Source: Bacteroidales bacterium (lineage in GTDB: Bacteria > Bacteroidota > Bacteroidia > Bacteroidales > BM520). Taken from it: a DNA stretch of 64,000 bases. The stretch is from positions 78-64,077 of the forward strand of contig JAEEQW010000006.1 of the NCBI GenBank assembly GCA_016285515.1, given 5' to 3'. Position numbers and translations under genes: made by a program. The notes under the pieces were generated by a model. The model was not told the DNA's origin and searched no databases. It worked only from the letters and a program-made list of their open reading frames with translations. Shown piece by piece: positions 18,221 to 25,803 of the stretch (the first letter of the stretch is position 1; every line of letters begins with the position of its first letter).

Positions 18221-19576
18221 ATGATGATGAAGAGGAAAATATACAGCCAACTCCTTGATTGGAAACGAAATAGGAGAGGCGAAGTGGCATTGCTCATTGA
18301 AGGGGCACGACGCATCGGAAAAAGTTACATTGTTGAAGAGTTCGGAAAACGCGAATACGATTCCTATCTGCTCATCGATTTCAGCAAGGCACCGCACATC
18401 GTCCGCGAGTGGTTTGACTTGTATCTGGAAGACCTTGACACCTTGTTTTTATATTTGAGCCAACGTTATCAAGTCAAGTTGTATCCCCGTAAATCATTAA
18501 TTATCTTTGACGAAGTCCAACTTTGTCCGAGGGCAAGGGCAGCCATCAAGTTCTTGGTGGCGGATGGCCGTTATGATTACATAGAAACGGGTTCGCTTAT
18601 GAGCATCAAGAAGAACACGCAGAGCATTGTGTTGCCCTCTGAAGAGCGCACTATCAAGATGTATCCCATGGATTTTGAGGAGTTTCTTTGGGCCACGGGA
18701 AACGACATGCTTATGGATCTTGTCCGCAAGATGTTCGAGCAGCGGAAGCCTATGGGGCAAATGTTTCATAGGCAGGTCATGGACTTGTTCCGCTTGTACA
18801 TGATTGTTGGCGGTATGCCTCAAGCGGTTGTCAAGTATTTGGAATCCAAGGATTTTGGCGAAGTGGATGCCATTAAACGCGATGTTTTGGACATTTACCG
18901 CAACGACATTTTCAATTACGCCGGCGAGCAAGCCGACAAGGTAGTGAACATTTTTGACCAAATCCCTTCGCAATTGTCGAAGCACGAGAAGAAATTCCGT
19001 CTTTCCGCCTTGAAGCCTGGTGCACGATACCGTGATTGGAACAATGCTTTCTTTTGGTTGAAGGATGCCCGTGTCGCCAACATCTGCTACAATTCAACTG
19101 AACCGAATGTGGGTTTGAGGATGAATGAAAGCCGCACTACGCTCAAGTGCTATCTCAATGATACCGGGCTGCTTATCAGCCAAGCTTTCGATGAGCGAGG
19201 CATTGTGTCGTCGGAAATATACCAGAAGCTGTTGTTCGGAAAATTGGAGGCCAACATGGGCATGATTATGGAAAACGTTGTGGCCCAGATGCTGACTGCT
19301 GCCGGGTATAACCTCTATTTCTTCAGCAAGTCGTCGGAAAAGAAAGAGGAACGCATGGAAATCGATTTCCTGTTGCTGAAAAGCAAGGTGACCAGCCGGC
19401 ACAACATCATCCCCATTGAGGTGAAAAGCGGCAAGAACTACACTTTGTCATCGCTTTCGAAACTGATTGGGACTTATTCGGAAAACATTACTTCTCCTAT
19501 TGTGTTGCATGCCGCCGATTACAAACAAGAAAATGGAATCACATATTTGCCACTCTATATGACGCCACTGTTGTGA
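18221..19576 (+). CDS. AAA family ATPase (AAA_14 plus DUF4143-like C-terminal domain)
   Basis: I placed the start at MMMKRKIYSQLLDWK. Walker A is IEGARRIGKS and Walker B is LIIFDEVQ. The N-terminus is typical of this orphan ATPase family. Confidence 0.75.
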   Translation: MMMKRKIYSQLLDWKRNRRGEVALLIEGARRIGKSYIVEEFGKREYDSYLLIDFSKAPHIVREWFDLYLEDLDTLFLYLSQRYQVKLYPRKSLIIFDEVQLCPRARAAIKFLVADGRYDYIETGSLMSIKKNTQSIVLPSEERTIKMYPMDFEEFLWATGNDMLMDLVRKMFEQRKPMGQMFHRQVMDLFRLYMIVGGMPQAVVKYLESKDFGEVDAIKRDVLDIYRNDIFNYAGEQADKVVNIFDQIPSQLSKHEKKFRLSALKPGARYRDWNNAFFWLKDARVANICYNSTEPNVGLRMNESRTTLKCYLNDTGLLISQAFDERGIVSSEIYQKLLFGKLEANMGMIMENVVAQMLTAAGYNLYFFSKSSEKKEERMEIDFLLLKSKVTSRHNIIPIEVKSGKNYTLSSLSKLIGTYSENITSPIVLHAADYKQENGITYLPLYMTPLL

Positions 19577-19704
19577 ATGCTGCTCTCAAAATAAGGGTGG
19601 AAAAATGACATTTTCTTCGATGAGGAAGACAAAAACGTGGGGAGGGCAACGCACCCGATCTCATCCACCACTCCGATCGTGGCTGCCAGTTATTGCAGCG
19701 GTAA

Positions 19705-20325
19705 TCACTTCAACGTGAACCCTTTGCCGTTCCATGCGAGCTTCTTCTGGGTGCCGTCGCTGAAGAAGACATCGATATCCTTGCCTTTCTGGGGCAGACG
19801 GAAGGTGACTTCTCCGCGTACTTCATCACCCAACCCGAGCAGTTCCTGGTCAATGAAATAGAGCTTCTGGGTAGCGTTGTCGTAAACGAAAACATACAAG
19901 CCGGTAAACTCGGTGAAGGCGGGCTTGCCGTTTAGTGTAACAATTACATTCTCGGCGAAAAGTTTGTGCTTTTTGTCGTCACAATTCCAATAGCACATCT
20001 CAGTGGCAGAGCTGTACCCCATCTCGTCTTCAGCGGTTTCAAAACAAACATACCCGTTCTTTGCATCGACAGTGACTTTCTCACCGTTTTCGAATGGCTC
20101 GTTTTTGCGGTATTTTTTCCACATGCCGTGCAAAAAACTTTGATGTTCGTCTTGCGGGTCGCTCAGATAGGTCGTCACAAAATTCTCGATGTTAGGGGTT
20201 TTAACGGTGCCAACGTCGCCGTTTTCCGTCAGGTTCTTAAATGGATCTTGCGCTTTTGCCACACTGGGAATGACAGACATCAGAAGCATGGCGGCAGCGG
20301 CCAAAATGATTGTGCGTGTTTTCAT
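19705..20325 (-). CDS. Secreted hypothetical protein
   Basis: The 206-aa ORF has a clear signal peptide (MKTRTIILAAAAMLLMSVIPSVAKAQ). I did not recognise any domain. Confidence 0.6.
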   Translation of the reverse strand: MKTRTIILAAAAMLLMSVIPSVAKAQDPFKNLTENGDVGTVKTPNIENFVTTYLSDPQDEHQSFLHGMWKKYRKNEPFENGEKVTVDAKNGYVCFETAEDEMGYSSATEMCYWNCDDKKHKLFAENVIVTLNGKPAFTEFTGLYVFVYDNATQKLYFIDQELLGLGDEVRGEVTFRLPQKGKDIDVFFSDGTQKKLAWNGKGFTLK

Positions 20326-20530
20326 CTTCTTGAATTGTTAAGGTTATGAGTTGCAAATATAGTTTATTTTGAAAAACTTCGTAAATTTGGACTTCAAAAT
20401 TACTTTTTGCAGATGAAGAACTATGTTGAAGAACTCCGATAGCGCGGAATGCTGGCCCAAATTATGCCAGGCACTGCCTATTATCACGATTTATTATTAT
20501 TTTTGCAACAAAAACAAATACAATAACATC

Positions 20531-21304
20531 ATGAGACTCTTATTAATCAGCAACTCCACCAACTTCGGGGAGACCTACCTTGCCTGGGCATGCAACCAAA
20601 TCGAATTCTTCTGCCTGCAAAACAACCTCAATAAGGACAGTCGCATCATCTTCGTGCCTTTCGCCGGAGTCAACATCGCTGGGAAAGCCTATCCCGACAG
20701 CTATGACGCCTACGAGGCCCGCGTGCAGAAGGTGTTCAGCGAGAAATTCGGGTTCGATAACTTCAGCTCGGTGCATCACTATGATGATAAAGTGAAAGCC
20801 GTTCGTGAAGCCGACCTCATCGTGGTGGGCGGCGGCAACACTTTCCACCTGGTGGCGGAGATGCACAAATACGGCCTGATGGACGCCATCCGTGAGCGCG
20901 CCCTGGCTGGTATACCTTACATCGGATGGAGCGCCGGCAGCAACGTGGCCTGCCCAACGCTCTGCACCACCAACGACATGCCTATCGTGCAGCCGGCATC
21001 ATTCAAGACCCTCAACTTGGTGCCGTTCCAGATCAATCCGCATTATCTCGACCCGCATCCGGAGATAGACAAGATGATTAAACACGGCGGCGAGACACGC
21101 CAAGACCGCATCAACGAATATCTCGCCGTGAACCAACAGATGGTGGTGGTGGGCTTGCGTGAAGCCACCTCGCTGTGGGTCACCGACGGCAAGATGATGC
21201 TTAAAGGCGGCAAGAAAATGATTGTGATGCAATACGGCAAGGAAGCTGTCGAGATCGAGCCAAACACCGATGTGACGTTCCTGCTCGGCAGCCCGATGGC
21301 CTAA
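20531..21304 (+). CDS. pepE: Dipeptidase E (peptidase S51)
   Basis: The start MRLLLISNST is typical of PepE. The motifs VGGGNTFHL and GWSAGSNV (nucleophile Ser) are present. A TATTTTTG box lies upstream. Confidence 0.8.
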   Translation: MRLLLISNSTNFGETYLAWACNQIEFFCLQNNLNKDSRIIFVPFAGVNIAGKAYPDSYDAYEARVQKVFSEKFGFDNFSSVHHYDDKVKAVREADLIVVGGGNTFHLVAEMHKYGLMDAIRERALAGIPYIGWSAGSNVACPTLCTTNDMPIVQPASFKTLNLVPFQINPHYLDPHPEIDKMIKHGGETRQDRINEYLAVNQQMVVVGLREATSLWVTDGKMMLKGGKKMIVMQYGKEAVEIEPNTDVTFLLGSPMA

Positions 21305-21386
21305 CGCGCCTTGTGCGGTAGCACGTCCCTGTGCCGAAGAAACTTGTGAATATCATGGTGGAATAAGGAATCTTTCAATTGTTCCA

Positions 21387-21458
21387 AAAATGTGTTTTCT
21401 TTGACTGAAAAATATCAGAAAATGTGATTTTTTGATTATTTTTGTAGCCGAAAATGTG
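21387..21458 (+). repeat. Three AAAATGTG-core direct repeats phased at 32 bp, with the same architecture as 18129-18212
   Basis: The cores are at 21387-21394, 21419-21426 and 21451-21458. A TATTTTTG -7 box (21437-21444) sits between copies 2 and 3. The ATG is at 21469. Confidence 0.7.
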
Positions 21459-21468
21459 ATTTAACAAT

Positions 21469-21561
21469 ATGGAACTACTTGAAAGAAAGGTAGATAAGTT
21501 TCTTTATTTTCTTGCTTTCCTGTTGAAGCGGTTTTTGAGAGAGAAGTCAATTTCTCTTTAA
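21469..21561 (+). pseudogene. 5' remnant of an AAA_14/DUF4143-type ATPase gene
   Basis: The sequence starts MELLERKVDKFL, like the N-terminus of the ATPase at 18221 (KRKIYSQLLDW). It degenerates and stops after 30 codons. It keeps the triple-repeat promoter. Confidence 0.4.
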
Positions 21562-21656
21562 TCCGTTTCCGCAAGGGTCGTTGAACTGGTCGAAACGTCC
21601 GTGTACGTGTAAACCTTCCAAACATACACCCCATCAGGCCAATTGCCTGCATCAAT
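21558..21656 (-). pseudogene. 3' remnant of a T9SS C-terminal domain
   Basis: The minus-strand translation is IDAGNWPDGVYVWKVYTYTDVSTSSTTLAETD*. This parallels EDWPSGVYVWKV...VSTSSTTFVETGKWVKE of the ORF at 31107. The frame is closed by a TAG immediately upstream. Confidence 0.55.
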
Positions 21657-21690
21657 CTACGTCATCCCTCAAATCAGCAAGACAAATTCT

Positions 21691-22857
21691 TCAATAACTC
21701 ATTCCAAAATGCCATAATGGGATGATATTTTCATAGCCGTATTCTATGTCATCCTTCACGATGAAAGCGTCTTTGACCTGAGCGATTTGCTTCTTGCCTT
21801 TGTTCCTGCCGCCCACTTCGAATGTCATTCCATTAACAATGAAATCGGCGACCTTTGAAGCGAAAACCTTTTGATTGACTTGCATTTGCGAAAGGAAGAA
21901 AGTCTCCCGAAGGTTGCCGACATCGGGCTTTCCTTCCGAGAGAGCGTAGATGAGATTGGTGTTGCCCAAGTAGAGTTTTTCCAACTTACCGAAGTTTTTC
22001 ATGCCGTCGTCCTGGTGCCTGAGCGACATGAGCAGTCTGGACTTCTCCAAATGGAAAGTCAAGTCAGCCACGGTGCCACGGTCGCACACCATGGCCGCAC
22101 CGATTTCCGTGTAGTTGGGTTTGAAAGGCACGCTCTGCGAGATGATGAACAGCAACTGCTTGAGTTTCCGCGAGGTGGCGATGTTCATCTTTGCATAGGT
22201 CGGAATGTCATTTTCAACGGTCTGGTTGATTACGTTGTTGAGACGCGTCGCGTAGTCGGTCTCGTTCCAAAAAGGATAGTATCCAGTTTTGAGGTAGTCG
22301 TCGAACAAGGCCAATGGACGTTCTCCGGATGGGAAAGTCACTTTGTGGCGAACGATTTCCTCGAAGCTCACTGGCGGCAGGTCTATGCCTTTGGCCATGG
22401 CCAAAAACTCCCTGAACGATAGCCCTGCAAGGACATAGGTAATAACGCGGCGACTCAGGTCGGCTATGCCCTTGTACAAATCAAGGATGGACGAACCCGT
22501 GACAACCACTTGCAACTGAGGACAGTAGTCGTAAATCATCTTCAGTTCCGTTGACCATGAAGGGTATTTGTGGATTTCGTCAATGTATAGCCTTTGTCCG
22601 CCCTTGCGGTAGAACTCGTTGGCGGTATCAAAGAGTGAATGTTGCCCGAAATACACATTGTCCGCACTGAAATATAGGGTATGCTCAATGCCGTCCTGCT
22701 TGATTTTCTGAAGTATAAGCGTTGTCTTGCCCACGCCACGCTCGCCGAGTATGGCAATCATGCGGTTGTTCCAATTGATGCGGTAGTGCAGGTAGCGCCA
22801 GAAACCACTGGGTGTTTCGTCCAGTTTTGCGTAAAACAATTCATACAGCTTTTCCAT
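21691..22857 (-). CDS. AAA family ATPase (AAA_14 plus DUF4143-like)
   Basis: The 388-aa ORF has Walker A (LGERGVGKTTL) and Walker B (RLYIDEIHK). The C-terminal part is DUF4143-like. Confidence 0.75.
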   Translation of the reverse strand: MEKLYELFYAKLDETPSGFWRYLHYRINWNNRMIAILGERGVGKTTLILQKIKQDGIEHTLYFSADNVYFGQHSLFDTANEFYRKGGQRLYIDEIHKYPSWSTELKMIYDYCPQLQVVVTGSSILDLYKGIADLSRRVITYVLAGLSFREFLAMAKGIDLPPVSFEEIVRHKVTFPSGERPLALFDDYLKTGYYPFWNETDYATRLNNVINQTVENDIPTYAKMNIATSRKLKQLLFIISQSVPFKPNYTEIGAAMVCDRGTVADLTFHLEKSRLLMSLRHQDDGMKNFGKLEKLYLGNTNLIYALSEGKPDVGNLRETFFLSQMQVNQKVFASKVADFIVNGMTFEVGGRNKGKKQIAQVKDAFIVKDDIEYGYENIIPLWHFGMSY

Positions 22858-22906
22858 GATTCCTCCTGATTAATGCCGCAAAATTACACAAAAAAATCAA
22901 ATAGCG

Positions 22907-23014
22907 GAAATTTTTCCACGTTTTTTATAAATAACGAGGAATTTTTTTCTCAGTTTTAAATAATACTGACTTTCCCTGAAAAAGGTTGACAGATTTGGGT
23001 AACTTTCCCTGAAA
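22907..23014 (-). repeat. Four phased (30-33 bp) repeat elements upstream of the minus-strand ATPase
   Basis: The plus-strand elements are GGAAATTTTTCC (22907), GGAATTTTTTTC (22939) and ACTTTCCCTGAAA (22969 and 23002). A TAATTTTG -7 box on the minus strand lies at 22879-22886. Confidence 0.55.
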
Positions 23015-23151
23015 TGCCAAAACAAAAACCTTCAATTCCGCAAAAATCATGATATTTCGGGAATTTGATAAAAAACTTGTATATTCGCTTATCCAGATAC
23101 CGATTTCAAAGTTGTCACCCTTGACAACATTGAAGAATTTCTGTTACCGCT

Positions 23152-23190
23152 TCAATAACTCATCCCAAAATGCCAAAGCGGGATGACGTT
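23152..23190 (-). pseudogene. 3'-terminal remnant of another DUF4143-type ATPase gene
   Basis: The minus-strand translation is NVIPLWHFGMSY*. It matches the C-terminus NIIPLWHFGMSY* of the ORF at 21691. A stop codon lies immediately upstream. Confidence 0.5.
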
Positions 23191-23265
23191 TTACTGTAGA
23201 GACACACGGCCGTGCATCTCTTCTTTTGCATTATAATTTACATGCAAGTTATAACAATCTAAAAT

Positions 23266-25026
23266 TCAACTATTCAATGCTTTATTTCTTAAAAACGACA
23301 CCATTTTTTCTTGGGTTTCGAAAATGGTTTTCAACTTCTTTTCGTACCGTTTTATGGAGGAATAATCCCTATTGAGGAGGATAGCTGCCTGTTTTTCGTC
23401 CATGCCAAGCAGATAAAGATGGCACAGGTTAACCAAAACAGTGTTGGTCTTCACCCCACGCTGCCTAAGAAAGATCTCGAATGAGCCAAAATATTGGGTG
23501 ACTATGAAATCTAACTGTTGAAGTTGTGCATCTCTAAGGATGAGTTGGGGATAGTCCGATGGAGTGGCTGAGCGTTTGATATTTATACCATGAATTGAAT
23601 GTATGATGTCTTGGCAAAGAGTCTCATTCAAGAATCGTTCATAGTCGTTCCATGCTTTGGTTTGAGATGAGTCATTGACAAGTGTTTTGTTTTCAATATG
23701 GTTTAGTTTCTTTTTGTTTTTGATGTAGAATAAAGCAATGACCAAAATGATGATGAGTAGTCCACTAGTCACTGTTATTACCAATCTAATATTCTTTTCT
23801 GTTCTCAGCTGATGCTGCCGCTCCAAAGTTTTTTGTCGGAAGGCATAATACAATTCGGTTAATTGGGATTTTATAGCACTTTGGTTTTCCTCTTGGTTTG
23901 CAAAAGGTATCAAGAAATTGGCATACTCTATAATTTCCGTGTCTCGACCTTGAGATTTACAAATTTCAACCTGCCATTCGGCAGCTTGCTTTTTGGATGC
24001 AATGCTTTGGGTTTCATGAAAAACTTTGTCTAAATGAATCCACGCGGAATCATACATGATTTCGTGAAAGAAAACTTCACCAATTGTCAAATGTCGTGAC
24101 AAGCATTCTCTTTCGCTTTCTGACAGACTAATTAGTTTTTGTAATTGGAACAAAGCAGCTTCTTTTGAATTATCTTTTTTGTATGAAAGGTATGCGAGAT
24201 GTGTTGCAAGATCTCTATATGTGATGTTGTCTGTGTCAGGCAGACAACTTAAGCCTTCCATGTAATACTTCCAGGCAGAATCATTATAGTTCATCATATC
24301 ATATTGAGAACCTATTCTGTTCATTACCCATGCCTTATGCCACGGAGTGGCATCGTATTTCCTATAATACGAAAGAGAGCTCTGCCCGAAATAAATGGAC
24401 TGCTCATGAAGATACAGGTCTGAAAACAAACTATTCAAATGCGTGTATGCCAAAGCCATGAATCGTGCCTTACGCCCCACCAAATCCTTTTCCTCAAATA
24501 TTGCTTCCATGACCTCCAATGCCTTCATGTATTCCTTGCAGGCCTGTACCACACTGTCGTTTTCGTAATACTCCACACCATTAATATAATGTGCCCGCGC
24601 ATCCAAAAACGCAATGTTTTGGACATTTTTGGCGGACGCACGCGGTGCGTACCTACGGCCGTCCGTCTTATATCCATCCGCTGCAACTATCGAATCAAAA
24701 TAATCCACCGCTTTCAGCAGTTGCTCGCGGTTGCTCTGTTCGTAGTCGTTTTTATACAGCAATTCCGAAATCAGCATCTGGCAATAATGTTCCTCAAACT
24801 CATCCAAGCTGTCCGCCTCTGCGTTACCCGCAAACTCCAACATCACCGTCAAAGCACTATCTGGCCGCAGCCACATCAGCGAGTCAATTTCCTCTAAAGC
24901 CTCATGCACGGCAGTCCCACTCTGAGAGGGGGTGTCAGTCAGGACGGAGGAATCAGGAGAACCTCCACACCTCACCATCACAGCAAGCAGAAACCCCAAT
25001 CCTAATATGTGCCACAAGCATTTCAT
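23266..25026 (-). CDS. Membrane-anchored TPR-like sensor with a C-terminal LuxR/GerE-like HTH (one-component regulator)
   Basis: The 586-aa ORF has a lipoprotein-like signal (LLAVMVRCGG) and about 400 aa of helical repeats. A single TM helix (LVITVTSGLLIIILVIALFYI) follows. The C-terminus is LVNLCHLYLLGMDEKQAAILLNRDYSSIKRYEKKLKTIF. Confidence 0.6.
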   Translation of the reverse strand: MKCLWHILGLGFLLAVMVRCGGSPDSSVLTDTPSQSGTAVHEALEEIDSLMWLRPDSALTVMLEFAGNAEADSLDEFEEHYCQMLISELLYKNDYEQSNREQLLKAVDYFDSIVAADGYKTDGRRYAPRASAKNVQNIAFLDARAHYINGVEYYENDSVVQACKEYMKALEVMEAIFEEKDLVGRKARFMALAYTHLNSLFSDLYLHEQSIYFGQSSLSYYRKYDATPWHKAWVMNRIGSQYDMMNYNDSAWKYYMEGLSCLPDTDNITYRDLATHLAYLSYKKDNSKEAALFQLQKLISLSESERECLSRHLTIGEVFFHEIMYDSAWIHLDKVFHETQSIASKKQAAEWQVEICKSQGRDTEIIEYANFLIPFANQEENQSAIKSQLTELYYAFRQKTLERQHQLRTEKNIRLVITVTSGLLIIILVIALFYIKNKKKLNHIENKTLVNDSSQTKAWNDYERFLNETLCQDIIHSIHGINIKRSATPSDYPQLILRDAQLQQLDFIVTQYFGSFEIFLRQRGVKTNTVLVNLCHLYLLGMDEKQAAILLNRDYSSIKRYEKKLKTIFETQEKMVSFLRNKALNS

Positions 25027-25244
25027 GTTCGCAAAGTTAGTAATAATTCGTCAAACTCAATCAAAAATCTTCCCCTTTCAAAGGAGGTGGTCGCGGGCTG
25101 GGACACATGAAAAAACAACCGTTCCGTTGTTATCAAGCATCAAATTGCAGTATTTATAGTCATGTTTTGGCACTAAATATTCGTTTTAAACCAACATCTT
25201 CTGTGTAATAGAATTCACATCATCTGTATCAGGTGGCTCAAGGA

Positions 25245-25778
25245 CTATTTCGAAAAATTTGTGAATCTATACTCCAACCCTATTTGTAAGTTTAATGACC
25301 TGTTATAGTTATGATAAATGAAACATGAAGACACGTTCATCCAAAAGTTTGAAAAAAGTCGTCTGCTGAACATTATTCCAATATTTGCCCCATATCCATA
25401 ATTGTTTTCACCGAAGTAAGTATCAACTGTTTTTTTCTCCCCTTGTACACCCTGATAAGTAGAGGTCTTCTTATAGTCAACAAGTCTTGTCTCAAAAATT
25501 CCGGCCAATCCCGACAGACTGTAATGCTCGTTATTGATGAATTTATAACTGAATACTATTGGAATGGCAACATATTTGAACCTATACTCCACATTACCTT
25601 TTTGGGTTGAGTCATTAATATCAAAATCTTGTGAATAGGTGTTAGTCGAATAGGCTCCCCCGAAACTTATTTTAAATCTGTTAAAGTTGAATGCCGGCAT
25701 CACTGCAACAGCATAATTGAAATAAAAATGATCGTGAGGAAAATCGATAATATAAAAGTATCCACCACATATTTCCAC
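25245..25778 (-). CDS. Outer-membrane beta-barrel-like protein, apparently lacking a signal peptide (possibly truncated)
   Basis: The 177-aa ORF has alternating aromatic/hydrophobic beta-strand patterns, and LQIGLEYRF lies near its end. The N-terminus MEICGGYFYIIDF is not a signal peptide. Confidence 0.35.
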   Translation of the reverse strand: MEICGGYFYIIDFPHDHFYFNYAVAVMPAFNFNRFKISFGGAYSTNTYSQDFDINDSTQKGNVEYRFKYVAIPIVFSYKFINNEHYSLSGLAGIFETRLVDYKKTSTYQGVQGEKKTVDTYFGENNYGYGANIGIMFSRRLFSNFWMNVSSCFIYHNYNRSLNLQIGLEYRFTNFSK

Positions 25779-25803
25779 TGATGGATAAACTTTTTCAGAC
25801 CAT

